This document shows, piece after piece, positions 29,206 to 39,789 of a DNA stretch of 64,000 nucleotides; positions within the stretch are counted from its first letter, which is position 1, and every line of letters starts with the position of its first letter. A program made the position numbers and the translations under genes. The notes beneath the pieces were generated by a model, which saw only the letters and a program-made list of their open reading frames with translations, was not told where the DNA came from and searched no databases. This DNA comes from Methanosarcinales archaeon (lineage in GTDB: Archaea; Halobacteriota; UBA148; JAUWXC01): the NCBI GenBank assembly GCA_026016205.1, contig CP061209.1, positions 378,330 to 442,329 of the forward strand. The letters are read 5' to 3'.

Positions 29206-29980
29206 ACTTGGCCTCGTACATCAAATTAAATAAAACAACAAACTCTTCTGGCGATAATTGTTCTGGTCGTTTGTGCATTAGCTCTTTGGGCAGCAGGTTA
29301 ACTGCTTTCTTGACATCTTTCATATTCAATATATGTGCAGCATTGATTATCGCATTTTTCATACGCTTTCTCCGCTGTGTGAATACAGCCGATACAAAAT
29401 TGAAGAATAGACCCTTATCTGCTACCTCCAAAGAAGGCGGTCGCGGAACTATTTTCACGATGGCAGATCGCACCTCTGGCGGCGGGCGGAATGCAGTTCT
29501 TGGCACCATTTCTAAGACCTCAACATCTGCACAATATTGTGCCTCTACTGAGATGGGGCCGTAGTCTTTTGTGCCAGGCATGGTAATCATTCGCTGGGCA
29601 AATTCATATTGGTACATCAGAATTCCTAATTTAAACGGATACCTAAGAAGCTTGGAGGTGACTTCAGAGGAAATAGAATAGGGCAAATTCGACACAACTT
29701 TGTCAAATTCTAGAAAGTCTACTTTTAGGGCGTTATCGTAAATAATTGTGACATTGGGCAACTCCAAATCACCAAGCGCTTCCACCAAGCGAGGGTCTGA
29801 TTCGATAGCAATTACCTTGCCAGCATTGGCCGCGAGTTTTTGAGTCAAATTGCCAAAACCGGCACCAATCTCGAGAATTGTTTCCGTCTTGTGGATGTCA
29901 GCATAATTGACAATGCGTTCAACGACTCGTGAATCGATTAAAAAGTGTTGGCCTAGCCGCATTTTCTTAACCGGACTCAA
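29198..29980 (-). CDS. ksgA: 16S rRNA dimethyladenosine transferase KsgA/Dim1
   Basis: LGQHFL, ILEIGAGFGNLT, SNLPYSISS. Confidence 0.92.
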   Translation of the reverse strand: MSPVKKMRLGQHFLIDSRVVERIVNYADIHKTETILEIGAGFGNLTQKLAANAGKVIAIESDPRLVEALGDLELPNVTIIYDNALKVDFLEFDKVVSNLPYSISSEVTSKLLRYPFKLGILMYQYEFAQRMITMPGTKDYGPISVEAQYCADVEVLEMVPRTAFRPPPEVRSAIVKIVPRPPSLEVADKGLFFNFVSAVFTQRRKRMKNAIINAAHILNMKDVKKAVNLLPKELMHKRPEQLSPEEFVVLFNLMYEAKYE

Positions 29981-29982
29981 TC

Positions 29983-30543
29983 CTACCTCGTAAAAACCTT
30001 GTACTTCACATGCTCATCTTTCAGCTCTTCCACAATTCTATGAATGATGAGCCTTTCTGGATGGTGCAGGCCCTTAACCCTGTCTGCGATATCTTTGAAA
30101 TTTTTAAAGTCGCCTTTCTTCCGCTCATCGAGGATTGCCCACATTAGCTTTTTACCAATGCCAGGTAGCAACTCCAATTGATGTAGCCGGGTTGTCAATG
30201 GCTGCGCTTTATTGAAAAACGCGACAAATTTATCTTCATTTTCAAGAACGATTTTTTCAAGCACATAGGGCAGCTCGATCTTAGCGCCATGCGTAAGCTC
30301 ATCATATCTTAAGCGGCGCTTGACATGGTCAATTTCATTTCTATCTCCTTCTCCAACATAGGCCCGTTTGTGGGGTTTTGGTACCACACCTTCCTTTGGG
30401 ATTAACTCCAACAGCGTGAAGTGATGTTCACCGACACTATGAACAATGGGTTTCTTCTGGTACACCGGCCTAGAATCGCCGGGATGTCCATAAGGGAGGT
30501 AATCTAAAACTCGCACATAGTCCTCTCTCTCATCGTTCTGCAT
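29983..30543 (-). CDS. DUF655-family nucleic-acid-binding protein
   Basis: EDYVRVLDYLPYGH.. N-terminus and C-terminal HhH (LELLPGIGKKLMWAI). Conserved position in the ksgA-rpoF-L21e operon. Confidence 0.75.
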   Translation of the reverse strand: MQNDEREDYVRVLDYLPYGHPGDSRPVYQKKPIVHSVGEHHFTLLELIPKEGVVPKPHKRAYVGEGDRNEIDHVKRRLRYDELTHGAKIELPYVLEKIVLENEDKFVAFFNKAQPLTTRLHQLELLPGIGKKLMWAILDERKKGDFKNFKDIADRVKGLHHPERLIIHRIVEELKDEHVKYKVFTR

Positions 30544-30570
30544 CGTCGTCCTCCAAGCCTCTTTTATGCC

Positions 30571-30918
30571 CTACAAGTGTTTCTTGACGAGGTTCAGTAT
30601 TTGTTCCAGTTCCTCTTTACCCAGTGTATATCGCTCTTTTGCATATATCGACCTTAGCTCGTCCCTTGTTTTTGGCATGATATCCGCAATTCTAATGGCG
30701 ATATTCTCTTTCATCTTCTCAAGTTTTAAAAGCTCATTCACCAGCATCCTTGAGGATTTTGCATCAGTCTTCGCGAACTTATTCGCATGCTCGAGCGCCC
30801 TGCGCTGTTCATACCTTAATTCTTCCTCTTTCACTCTTGCTTTCTTGATTCGGTTAAGAATATTCTTTGCCTCTGCAAGGGTCAGCAATTTCTCACTTAC
30901 AACTTCTTTTACGATCAT
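30571..30918 (-). CDS. rpoF: DNA-directed RNA polymerase subunit F (Rpo4)
   Basis: 115 aa with the [13 protein letters not shown].. pattern. Lies between L21e and DUF655 as in many archaea. Confidence 0.75.
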   Translation of the reverse strand: MIVKEVVSEKLLTLAEAKNILNRIKKARVKEEELRYEQRRALEHANKFAKTDAKSSRMLVNELLKLEKMKENIAIRIADIMPKTRDELRSIYAKERYTLGKEELEQILNLVKKHL

Positions 30919-31214
30919 GAGACCACCTTTTGCGGTTTGAGATGTTGTGGATTGGCAATTATTTTCTTTATCATATTTCCATCCCTTACTTCAAGTATAT
31001 ATGCTCTTCCTCTTCGCCCAATCACCTTGGCGGTCTTGCCCTGAAACTTCGGATGAGGCATTGCCTTGTGAACGCTGGGGTCGATGTCTATGTGGACACG
31101 TTGCCCTACTTCAAATTCTTGTATGGCTCTACTGGGGGGTGAAATTCCTCTTTCCCTTATTGATTTTTTAAGCTTATACCTACTTTTTCTTCTTATTCCT
31201 GCGGACTTTGGCAT
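30915..31214 (-). CDS. rpl21e: 50S ribosomal protein L21e
   Basis: [42 protein letters not shown]. Confidence 0.92.
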   Translation of the reverse strand: MPKSAGIRRKSRYKLKKSIRERGISPPSRAIQEFEVGQRVHIDIDPSVHKAMPHPKFQGKTAKVIGRRGRAYILEVRDGNMIKKIIANPQHLKPQKVVS

Positions 31215-32448
31215 GTAATGCCTCCTTGACCTTTATGACATCTAATTCCAATACCTGCGCATCTACTCCAACTAACTTGGAAAGACTTGGTTTTGTCCTT
31301 CCATCGTCGCCAGAAATTAGTTCCTTAACATATAACCCACCTTCACATTCAATGCAGATGCTTGCCTTGTTATTGCTCATGGCTTTGAGCGTTGCAGAAC
31401 GCGCTCTCTTTGTTCTAATCTTATCGGCTCGCCGATGTGCCACCCTTAATGGGGTTCTCTGTTTGATGGCAGTCTTGGTTAATTTATCTAACGCGGCTTC
31501 AAGCTTTTCACGTGGGACAGCTTTTTTAAATACAATTCTAAGCCTATAAACTTTATCCGAATATTCGCTCTTGACGGCTTCAACTGCTTCTTTGTCTACA
31601 AACTTTAGGCTGCTAACCTTAACTTTACCCTTTGCATGCTTATTGATTATATCTCTAAGATCAGCAAGGTTAAAATGCCTGCGCACTGGTTCTTTAATCT
31701 CTAATACAAAAGGTCTGCCGGTTCCAAGCATGCGCGCATCCACGTCTTCCCTGCCCGCGCCATGGAACACGGCATCTGCTCCACCTGATAATTTGAGGAC
31801 TGAGGGAGCGATTAACTCTTCTACTGATGTCTGGTACATTTTTCCAGTATTCTTGCAACTCTTGCATCCATTGCCACCACATTGGGGGCAGGGCCATGCA
31901 GTCTGTGGAATCCCTCTGACCAACTTTCTATATTTTCCATAGATAAATATCGGATTGACCTGTAATTCGACCTTTTCCTCTGCTAAGTCGAGTGTAACAA
32001 CTATGTCTGGCCGCTCAAAGTCCACTTCTTTGCCCGTCTGGGGCTGAATCAATTTACCTACTTCCCTGTTCAGCTCTGACTTGAGTGGTTCTGCTTGAGT
32101 TGTGCCTGATTCTGCCCATAAAATCTCCTCATTCTCGGCAAGCAATCCAGACACCTTGGTACCCACAAGGAACGTATTATATTCATAACCTGAAAGGGCT
32201 TTTACCGCTTTCTGGACCCATGCATCCAGGGAGTCAAATAACCCATTACAAACCCAACATTTTTTAGCTTTATGTATCTCCTGGTCTCTAAGCATTGCCA
32301 GAACTGTTCTGATTGCTGTGCCCCTCTCTTTATTGCTCAGCCCGGTCGACAATTTGGCAAATTGCCGCCCCATACAATTGTCACAAATTGGCCCTTGGTC
32401 TAAGACCTTAGTTACAATGTCAAGCAGATTCCTTTTCATCCTTCTCAC
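31180..32448 (-). CDS. pus10: tRNA pseudouridine(54/55) synthase Pus10
   Basis: Zn motifs CDNCMGRQF and [12 protein letters not shown]. Catalytic [18 protein letters not shown]. Confidence 0.9.
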   Translation of the reverse strand: MRRMKRNLLDIVTKVLDQGPICDNCMGRQFAKLSTGLSNKERGTAIRTVLAMLRDQEIHKAKKCWVCNGLFDSLDAWVQKAVKALSGYEYNTFLVGTKVSGLLAENEEILWAESGTTQAEPLKSELNREVGKLIQPQTGKEVDFERPDIVVTLDLAEEKVELQVNPIFIYGKYRKLVRGIPQTAWPCPQCGGNGCKSCKNTGKMYQTSVEELIAPSVLKLSGGADAVFHGAGREDVDARMLGTGRPFVLEIKEPVRRHFNLADLRDIINKHAKGKVKVSSLKFVDKEAVEAVKSEYSDKVYRLRIVFKKAVPREKLEAALDKLTKTAIKQRTPLRVAHRRADKIRTKRARSATLKAMSNNKASICIECEGGLYVKELISGDDGRTKPSLSKLVGVDAQVLELDVIKVKEALHAKVRRNKKKK

Positions 32449-32862
32449 TCACACTACATCAACGAACGTTTCAGCTTCTAACCTATTCAGTCCGCCCAGC
32501 CCTGTGCTAACCTCGGTTCCATGTCTTACAATATATATTCTTGCCACGATTCTATATGTGCCCGGTTCTGCATGGCTAAAATAAAATGTAGCGATGGTTT
32601 GTGATGGAAAGGCACCAGAAAAGTTAAAGGGCACGTCTCCGTATATCTCGCAGCCATCGCTGTTGTACACAGCAATTGACGGCACCCCATATATGTACCA
32701 CATCCCAGTATTTTTGACCGTGATATTGATATTGTCACCGGCAGAACAGTCGCTCCTATTTGTCAAGACAGAAATGTGCGATAGCCATCCAGCAGTGCCA
32801 CTACCCAATATCATAATTGCCATAATGGCTACCCATATTTTTTTAGGATATAGGTCCAACAT
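32449..32862 (-). CDS. hypothetical N-terminally anchored beta-rich protein
   Basis: Single TM (IWVAIMAIMILGSG). No recognised motif. Its stop abuts the pus10 start. Confidence 0.4.
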   Translation of the reverse strand: MLDLYPKKIWVAIMAIMILGSGTAGWLSHISVLTNRSDCSAGDNINITVKNTGMWYIYGVPSIAVYNSDGCEIYGDVPFNFSGAFPSQTIATFYFSHAEPGTYRIVARIYIVRHGTEVSTGLGGLNRLEAETFVDVV

Positions 32863-32874
32863 ATTAACTCGGCC

Positions 32875-33879
32875 TCACCTTCGTAGGTCTATTGTCTCCG
32901 ACATTTCTGGACCTGTGGATAGAATCGTGATCGGAACGCCAATATCTTGTTCAGCTTTGCGCACGAATTCTTTAACACTATCACTAAGTTTATCATAATC
33001 GGTAACGCCCTTGCACGAAAGGTCGAGTTTATCCAAGCCCGTTAGTGCCACCTGCGTCGCACCGTTGACCATGGCAGAATAGCGCGCCATTTTTCCATCC
33101 CATTGCCCAATGCGCCTGGGGCGCCCAGTCACAGTACCAAATTCCTCGATGCCCAAGCGTTTTGCCTCCTCTGGGCACATCTCGGTGGAAAACTCCCCTG
33201 CACCAACTCGTGTTGGAAATGCCTTGTATACAACGATTACATCATCTATCCTTGTGGGACCAACGCCCACATCTGCTGCTATCTGGGAAGCAGACGTATC
33301 TTTGGACGTCACGAATGGGTATGTACCATAAAACAACGATATGCCAAATCCTTGGGACCCTTCAATGAGCACTGTTTGCCCGGCATCCAATGCCTCATTA
33401 ACTTCCAGGGCTGCATCTGTGATGCAATCCTTCAACACGTCCACGTCTTTCGCCAGTCGTGCGCATCTCATTACCCTATCCTTGTTGGCGGGTCCGCAAC
33501 CAGTACCTGTGGTTCCAATCACGTCCGCCAGCCGTGCAGTCCCCTTGTCCTCCACGATGTGTTTTTCCTCGATGATGGAACAACGAAAATCAACGCCAAT
33601 TCTATCCTTGACACCCAGCTCGGAAATCTCGCGCAGCAAGACGCGCGGGTCGACTAAAACACCAGCACCGATTAACAGTTGTGCATCTTTATAGATAAAA
33701 CCAGAAGGAACCATCCTTACGCCGTGTTTTTCCTTGCCCTTCTCGACAGTATGTCCTGCATTTGGCCCTACACCACCTCTTGCAATTAGATAGGGTTTGT
33801 CTCTGTGGGCTACGTGCGCTACAATCTTACCTTTTCCTTCATCTCCAAAAAATCCACCTACTATAATTGTGGCACCCAT
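32875..33879 (-). CDS. purA: adenylosuccinate synthetase
   Basis: P-loop [19 protein letters not shown]-like [10 protein letters not shown]. Start moved to MGATIIV (335 aa, the archaeal short form). Confidence 0.9.
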   Translation of the reverse strand: MGATIIVGGFFGDEGKGKIVAHVAHRDKPYLIARGGVGPNAGHTVEKGKEKHGVRMVPSGFIYKDAQLLIGAGVLVDPRVLLREISELGVKDRIGVDFRCSIIEEKHIVEDKGTARLADVIGTTGTGCGPANKDRVMRCARLAKDVDVLKDCITDAALEVNEALDAGQTVLIEGSQGFGISLFYGTYPFVTSKDTSASQIAADVGVGPTRIDDVIVVYKAFPTRVGAGEFSTEMCPEEAKRLGIEEFGTVTGRPRRIGQWDGKMARYSAMVNGATQVALTGLDKLDLSCKGVTDYDKLSDSVKEFVRKAEQDIGVPITILSTGPEMSETIDLRR

Positions 33880-34035
33880 TGTTACATCTCCTGCGTTAGC
33901 ACTGACAGTTGTAAAGCATTTTAATCTATCAAGTTCTTTTTGGTTTGGGTGCGTGGGCTTGAATGAGAAAAACTTAATAATAACAACATCGTTTAGAGTT
34001 AGCAACGTCAATTAGTAACTAAGGAGAGGTCAGAG

Positions 34036-34326
34036 ATGGCAAAAGATAAACTTGAAGACAACATAATATACGTCGGGAACAAACCTGTGATGAATTACGT
34101 GTTAGCGGCGGTGACGCAATTCAACGATGGGCAGAAAGATATAACCATCAAAGCAAGAGGCAGAGCGATTTCGAGAGCAGTTGACACCGCAGAGGTAGTA
34201 AGAAATCGATTCATGCAGGACGTAAAAGTCAAAGATATTAAAATCGGAACCGAAGAGCTAGAGGGAGAGAAAGGCGATAAAATCAACGTTTCCTCTATTG
34301 AGATTTTTCTAAATCGCTCCGATTGA
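34036..34326 (+). CDS. albA: DNA/RNA-binding protein Alba
   Basis: [45 protein letters not shown]. Confidence 0.92.
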   Translation: MAKDKLEDNIIYVGNKPVMNYVLAAVTQFNDGQKDITIKARGRAISRAVDTAEVVRNRFMQDVKVKDIKIGTEELEGEKGDKINVSSIEIFLNRSD

Positions 34327-34419
34327 GCGATGATGCGGGCTTTTGGGTTTGTAAATGCCATGGATAGCTGGCGCGCTGAAGGTCCTACGCATACCGTTTT
34401 ACATAATGTGCAACTATAG

Positions 34420-34520
34420 CGGGCCGGAAGGGATTTGAACCCCTGACCTATGGGTTTCTCTCACTGTACTTTTGACAAAGGTTAAGAGCCCATCGCTCCG
34501 CCTGGCTAAGCTACCGGCCC
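34420..34520 (-). tRNA. tRNA-Lys(CUU) with 27-nt intron at the canonical 37/38 site (intron about 34456..34482)
   Basis: Hand fold: GGGCCGG/CCGGCCC acceptor, GCTT/GAGC D stem, ATGGG/CCCAT anticodon stem, loop CTCTTAA once ACCTTTGTCAAAAGTACAGTGAGAGAA is removed, T arm AGGGG-TTCAAAT-CCCTT, discriminator G. No encoded CCA. Confidence 0.85.
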
Positions 34521-34543
34521 TCCTCAACGTGTATCGTCTGTAG

Positions 34544-34551
34544 TTATATAT
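34544..34551 (-). promoter_or_regulatory. TATA box for tRNA-Lys
   Basis: ATATATAA on the minus strand, centred about 27 nt upstream of the tRNA 5' end. Confidence 0.45.
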
Positions 34552-34622
34552 GTTGCGGAGGATAGCAATAGGTTTAAATATAGGCCAAAGATGAATGACT
34601 TCGTTGACGAACGCGCTGTGAT

Positions 34623-36131
34623 ATGGAGGGAATAGGTATTACTCCTAAAGATGCGGGCAAGGTAAAAGGAAAAAGCAAGAAATTAGCGAGGGCGCCGAAG
34701 CCAAAAGCCAAACGTACCTATGCTATCCTTGGCTGCGGCAGTATGGGTTTTGCAGTTGCCAACGAACTAAGAAAAGAAGGCAAAGAATTTATCATTGTCG
34801 ATAGCGATGCCAAGCGGGTTGAGACGCTCAGGGACCAAAAGTTTGAGGCAATATTGGGCAACATCAACGACCCAAAGACCTTAAAGAAGGCCCATTTGGC
34901 TGAACTAAGTGCAGTGATAATTCTCAGCCCAGACACCAGGGCAAACAAAGAAGCGCTTAAAATAATTAAAAAAGCGGTCCCAAACATTCTCACAGTAGTC
35001 CGGGCGGCAGACCCTGTGACAAAAGAGGAATTGGAAACTGCTGGCGCTGACGTGGTCTTCTTGCCATCATTGGTCATAGCAGATGCTGCCGTGAAATATT
35101 TAGAAATGGTAGAGTCGGTCCGGCATGGACGGGAATTGCTTAAACTGATAAAAAGCATTGGCAAGAAGAAGTTGGGAATTATCATTCACGATAATCCAGA
35201 TCCAGATGCAATCGCAAGCGGACTGGCCTTGAAATATATGGCGGCGCATATTGATGTCGACGCGGAAGTGGTATATCGTGGAGAGATAGGCCATCAAGAG
35301 AATCGGGCGCTTGTGAACCTGCTCAACATTCCACTACAGCAAACAGAAAAACTCAATTTAGACGAATTCGACAAGATAGCACTTGTCGATGTCGCCATTC
35401 CCGGCGTGAACAATGCATTGCCAGAAGATGCCGAGGTGGATATCGTAATTGATCACCACCCTGTTGAGGCTGAAAAGGGTACTGCCCAATACTTGGACGT
35501 TCGACCAAACATGGGTGCAACTGCGACCATAATGACTAGCTATCTGCGAGATCTGGATATACCAATCAACAAGGAGGTTGCAACCGCGCTGCTTTATGGC
35601 ATCAGAACAGACACACAGGACTTTAAGAGAGGTGTTGACCCAGCTGATTTAAATGCAGCGGCATTTTTGTATCCACTGGTGGATCATGATGTACTGGGGC
35701 AGATTGGGTCGCCGTCAATGTCTGCCGAGACATTGGACGTTTTGGGTGAGGCGATCAAGAACAGGCGCATTAAGGGGAGCTATCTCATTTCAAACATAGG
35801 GTCAGTAAGAGATCGGGATACAATTCCACAGGCGGCAGATTACTTGCTGGGCTTGGAGGGCATAACTACCACTATTGTGTTTGGGCTTGGTGAAGACAAG
35901 ATTTACATCTCTGGCAGGAGCAAGGACATACGGTTGAACATTGGGAACATCATGGACAAAGCCTTTGGTGAAATTGGCTCGGCAGGAGGCCATACCACTG
36001 CGGGAGCAGCGCAAATACCGTTAGGCATGTTCAGTGGCGTAAAGGACAAGCAAACACTTATGCGTTTGGCAGAAGAGGCCGTGACGAAGCGATTTTTCGC
36101 TGTGGTCGGTGTCGAGAAGGAGAAAGAGTGA
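34623..36131 (+). CDS. TrkA-N (RCK/NAD-binding) domain fused to a DHH/DHHA1 phosphoesterase
   Basis: Rossmann YAILGCGSMGFAVA. DHH motifs HDNPDPDAIAS, LVDVA, VIDHHP and GIRTDT. DHHA1 motif GSAGGHTTAGAA. Confidence 0.8.
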   Translation: MEGIGITPKDAGKVKGKSKKLARAPKPKAKRTYAILGCGSMGFAVANELRKEGKEFIIVDSDAKRVETLRDQKFEAILGNINDPKTLKKAHLAELSAVIILSPDTRANKEALKIIKKAVPNILTVVRAADPVTKEELETAGADVVFLPSLVIADAAVKYLEMVESVRHGRELLKLIKSIGKKKLGIIIHDNPDPDAIASGLALKYMAAHIDVDAEVVYRGEIGHQENRALVNLLNIPLQQTEKLNLDEFDKIALVDVAIPGVNNALPEDAEVDIVIDHHPVEAEKGTAQYLDVRPNMGATATIMTSYLRDLDIPINKEVATALLYGIRTDTQDFKRGVDPADLNAAAFLYPLVDHDVLGQIGSPSMSAETLDVLGEAIKNRRIKGSYLISNIGSVRDRDTIPQAADYLLGLEGITTTIVFGLGEDKIYISGRSKDIRLNIGNIMDKAFGEIGSAGGHTTAGAAQIPLGMFSGVKDKQTLMRLAEEAVTKRFFAVVGVEKEKE

Positions 36132-36185
36132 TATGATGCGCAACATCTATATACCAGGAATGTTGGAATTATTAAGGGGGATGGC

Positions 36186-36440
36186 ATGAGCAAAGCACAC
36201 ATGAGTAAGATATACAACGAAACGCAGCAAAGACTAATCGACTATTTACTCAAATATGTAAAACACGGCAAGCGCTTTTTTAAGGCCAAACACATTGCAC
36301 GTGACTTAGGCCTAACTCCTAGGGAAGTAGGTGTCAACCTTGGCGTCCTGTCCAAAATGTATCCAAAACTCAAAATAGAGCGGTGGAGTTACTCTAACGC
36401 TACCACTTGGAATGTAGAGTTGAGGCGTGTTGCAGTATAG
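36186..36440 (+). CDS. small winged-helix-like DNA-binding protein
   Basis: 84 aa; FKAKHIARDLGLTPREVGVNLGVL looks like an HTH recognition unit. Family not recognised. Confidence 0.4.
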   Translation: MSKAHMSKIYNETQQRLIDYLLKYVKHGKRFFKAKHIARDLGLTPREVGVNLGVLSKMYPKLKIERWSYSNATTWNVELRRVAV

Positions 36441-37190
36441 TTACGTCTCCATCAGTAACTTATTGACTAACTTTTTTCCCTCTTTTGTGCTGAAGAGCGG
36501 GAGTTCCCAATCTTGGATAATTTGACTTCTTTTAGTTACCACTCTTGCGCCCTTCTTTGGGTCGTATCCCGGCTTCATATACGTCTTTTTCAGTATCAAA
36601 ATACCGCGCCGCTGCCATGCCGGAGTTTTTGCTAGATTGATGCCTTTTTTGAATAGCATATCCTGTATCTTCTGTGAACTTACACCAGCCAGCTTTGATG
36701 CAGCTTCTCTCTTGGACATGCCTTCATTTACCAGCGTGTAATGCCCATATGAATGCACATGGTTTCTCCATGCTTCTGTCTGGCGCCACTCCAGGTAATC
36801 GCTGATATCTTCTCTTAAGAGTGGAATGGTCCTCGCATCAAAGGATATGGGGGTATGCACATCCAGTGCCAATGTCAGCGCGCTGCACAACAAAGAAGAG
36901 GTGACGGAATCTAGTTTCTCAACACGCCCTTGAAATGGCAGTTTAAGAAAAAACACGCTGATTTCATCTGAAAATGTGTAGGCAAATTTTGGGCTAAGGC
37001 CCCCCTCCTTCATCAGGTGCTCAGCCGAGTTCGCCATGGCAGTTGCAAATGCCTTATCATATGGTTTTTGAAAATTCAGACGTTTCAAAGTGGCTTTAAA
37101 ATTTCTTCCATCTACCCTGACAACAATCGGGGGTGTCGCATTAATGCCTGCATAAATCTCCCGTTGCTTCATCAGTTTTGGGGATACCAT
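36441..37190 (-). CDS. thg1: tRNA(His) guanylyltransferase Thg1-like protein
   Basis: PIVVRVDGRNF, FAYTFSDEIS and WRNHVHS motifs; 249 aa. Confidence 0.85.
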   Translation of the reverse strand: MVSPKLMKQREIYAGINATPPIVVRVDGRNFKATLKRLNFQKPYDKAFATAMANSAEHLMKEGGLSPKFAYTFSDEISVFFLKLPFQGRVEKLDSVTSSLLCSALTLALDVHTPISFDARTIPLLREDISDYLEWRQTEAWRNHVHSYGHYTLVNEGMSKREAASKLAGVSSQKIQDMLFKKGINLAKTPAWQRRGILILKKTYMKPGYDPKKGARVVTKRSQIIQDWELPLFSTKEGKKLVNKLLMET

Positions 37191-37191
37191 A

Positions 37192-37470
37192 CTATCCCGG
37201 GGGTGCTTCTACCTCTTCTACGATTTTCTCTTTGAAGTAACTGGCTACCTGTTTTATTACAACGACATCTCCAACCGAGATTACCCACCGATATGGGATT
37301 ATAACGCCCTTGCTCTGGACATTAAACAGGTCTGGATTCAGATTGGAAACCGCCAGGCCCGTTATTTTTTTCTCATTAGCATCGATTACAGCGTCGTTGA
37401 CTTTTCCAACATATTTTCCTCTGTCTGTATAAACGTTCAAACCAAGTACTGATGTTAGCTCTACCCTCAT
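37192..37470 (-). CDS. PRC-barrel domain protein
   Basis: LGLNVYTDRGKYVGKVNDAVID..KITGLAV pattern; 92 aa. Confidence 0.7.
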   Translation of the reverse strand: MRVELTSVLGLNVYTDRGKYVGKVNDAVIDANEKKITGLAVSNLNPDLFNVQSKGVIIPYRWVISVGDVVVIKQVASYFKEKIVEEVEAPPG

Positions 37471-37540
37471 GTTAAATTCCTCTAACTCCTATCTTGAACT
37501 AAGAAGATATATAGTTTATTGGATTATTAGGTACGGGAAA

Positions 37541-38623
37541 ATGAAAACGTCAGTTCAAATTGGAAAAATAATTGGTATCCCGATTAGGCTTCATATTACG
37601 TTCTTGTTGATATTGCCTGTATTTGCACTGGTATTCGCGAGCGGTCCAGCACCATATGGTTTTGCAGAGGTAGGCTCCACGGTGATACGGTATGCATTTG
37701 GTACACTTACTGCAGTGGCACTGTTTGCTTGCGTCTTGCTTCATGAGTTGGGGCATTCGTATGTTGCGATGAAATACGGTACCAAGATAAGGAGCATTAC
37801 ATTGCTGCTATTCGGTGGAGTGGCAACAATGGAAGAGATTCCACGAGACCCTAAAATCGAATCGAAGATGGCGATAAGTGGGCCAGGTGTGAGTTTTGTG
37901 TTGGGCATAGCGTTCTTACTCACATATTTGTTGCTAGAACCCATCTGGGGTAACTCCCCTGTCACGCGACTTGTCTATGTCTTGGGTTCTATGAATATAA
38001 TTCTATGCGGGTTCAATCTCCTTCCAGCATTCCCGATGGATGGCGGGCGAATACTTAGGGCGCATCTGGCAAGACAAATGCCATATGTGGAGGCAACGCA
38101 TAAAGCGGCATATATCGGAAAGGCCTTTGCATTCGCCATGGGGATCTTTGGTTTTTTGGTGGTTAGCCCAATCCTCATCTTGATCGCATTTTTCGTTTAC
38201 ATCGGCGCCTCAGAAGAGGAAAAGACAACAGAGATTACCGTAACATTGGAGGGCGTTAAGGTTAGGGACATCATGACAAAAAACGTGATATCTGTGCCGC
38301 CAACCACTACAGTCAGCGAGTTGGTCGAACTCATGTTCAAGGAGAAGCACATGGGATATCCAGTGGTTGACGATAAGTTGCGAGGGGTTGTGACATTTTC
38401 AGATGTACGAAAAGTCTCCCTCGAACAGAGGAGCAAAACCCTGGTAAGCGAGATTATGGCCAAAAAAATTATATCGGTTGCGCCTGACGATGATGCCATC
38501 AAGGCACTAAGGATAATATCTCAAAGGAATATCGGCAGGGTGCCGGTCATGGAGAGTGGAGTTATAGCGGGAATCATCTCCAGAACAGACCTGATACGAT
38601 CAATCCAGCTTCTGCAAGAATAG
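37541..38623 (+). CDS. site-2 protease (M50) with tandem CBS domains
   Basis: HELGHS, NLLPAFPMDGGR, and two CBS repeats (VRDIMTKNVISV.., VSEIMAKKIISV..). Start taken at MKTSVQIGK. Confidence 0.88.
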   Translation: MKTSVQIGKIIGIPIRLHITFLLILPVFALVFASGPAPYGFAEVGSTVIRYAFGTLTAVALFACVLLHELGHSYVAMKYGTKIRSITLLLFGGVATMEEIPRDPKIESKMAISGPGVSFVLGIAFLLTYLLLEPIWGNSPVTRLVYVLGSMNIILCGFNLLPAFPMDGGRILRAHLARQMPYVEATHKAAYIGKAFAFAMGIFGFLVVSPILILIAFFVYIGASEEEKTTEITVTLEGVKVRDIMTKNVISVPPTTTVSELVELMFKEKHMGYPVVDDKLRGVVTFSDVRKVSLEQRSKTLVSEIMAKKIISVAPDDDAIKALRIISQRNIGRVPVMESGVIAGIISRTDLIRSIQLLQE

Positions 38624-38632
38624 GTATGTTTT

Positions 38633-39781
38633 ATGAATGACAGGATAATCATCGTGGGCACCGCGCACATTTCTGATAAAAGTATAGCAGAGGTAGATTC
38701 TGTCATCGCGCATGAAAAGCCAAACATAGTTGCGGTGGAATTGTGCCCCAAGAGATATCAGGCGCTTAAAGGTGCGCCAGTGGCAAGGGAATTATCGATA
38801 AGGGATTTACTAAAAGGCGAAGGACCGTACTTCTTCCTTGCTCAGTGGCTTCTCGCCTGGACGCAGAAGAAGATTGGGGCAGATATCGGCATAAAACCCG
38901 GGGCAGAAATGCTGGCAGCAATCAACAAGGCAGAGGAGATTGGTGCCAGAATAGCGCTTGTGGACAGGGATATTCAGGTAACCTTACAGCGCTTCTGGAG
39001 CAGAATGGGGGTTGTTGAAAAACTAAAGATGTTTTTTGCATTCATCAGCACATTTATCGGCTTTGGGAAAGAGGAAATCGATATAGAAACGATCACGGAT
39101 GAGGATGTTGTCACCCATCTCATCTCTGAACTCAGACAATTCTCGCCCGGTGCCGCGGAGGTTCTCGTGGATGAGAGGGATGCATACATTGCAGCAAATC
39201 TGCTGAATCTATCTAACGAGGGCAAAGTTGTTGCCGTGGTAGGGGCAGGGCATAGGGAAGGGGTTCAGAAATTCCTTTCGTATCCAGAGTTAATCCCACC
39301 GTTAGAGGAATTGACAAAGCTGCCCAGAAAAAGGGTTAATACGGCGAGGGTTTTTGGAGTAGCTACCATAGCACTCATTGTAGCAATCTTTGCGTTTTTA
39401 GTCCTTTCAGGAGCATCTGCTCACACTCTACTCCTCGCCCTTGGATACTGGTTTGTCATAAACGGTGTACTTAGTGGGGCTGGTGCGGCGTTGGCAAGGG
39501 GTCATCCCTTTTCAATTCTTACCGCATTCAGCGTGGCATGGATGACCTCGCTCAATCCGTTCTTGGCTGCAGGATGGTTTGCTGGACTGACGGAAGCATG
39601 GGTGAGGAAGCCTACGAGTGAGGATTTAAATGCTCTAACAAACGTCGAAACCTTCGGCGAACTTATGAAGAACCGATTGTTCAAGGTAATCTTTGTAGCA
39701 GCCCTGGCTAACCTAGGAAGCATCATTGGAACGTTTGTAGGGGCATGGGTTGTATTTAGTCTGACAGGAATACGATTTTAA
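38633..39781 (+). CDS. TraB/PrgY/GumN-family protein with C-terminal TM domain
   Basis: IIIVGTAHISDKS, VAVELC, GAEM and VVGAGH motifs; 3-4 C-terminal TM segments. Confidence 0.8.
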   Translation: MNDRIIIVGTAHISDKSIAEVDSVIAHEKPNIVAVELCPKRYQALKGAPVARELSIRDLLKGEGPYFFLAQWLLAWTQKKIGADIGIKPGAEMLAAINKAEEIGARIALVDRDIQVTLQRFWSRMGVVEKLKMFFAFISTFIGFGKEEIDIETITDEDVVTHLISELRQFSPGAAEVLVDERDAYIAANLLNLSNEGKVVAVVGAGHREGVQKFLSYPELIPPLEELTKLPRKRVNTARVFGVATIALIVAIFAFLVLSGASAHTLLLALGYWFVINGVLSGAGAALARGHPFSILTAFSVAWMTSLNPFLAAGWFAGLTEAWVRKPTSEDLNALTNVETFGELMKNRLFKVIFVAALANLGSIIGTFVGAWVVFSLTGIRF

Positions 39782-39789
39782 GGGGAAGC

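Noticed and set aside
34330-34379. C/D-box-sRNA-like arrangement just after the albA stop: ATGATGC ... CTGA.
   Set aside because: The C box ends in C rather than A. No convincing internal D'/C' boxes are present. With the best C' candidates the guide lengths come out as 9 or 15 nt rather than about 12. No terminal stem is present. This is too weak to call without RNA data.
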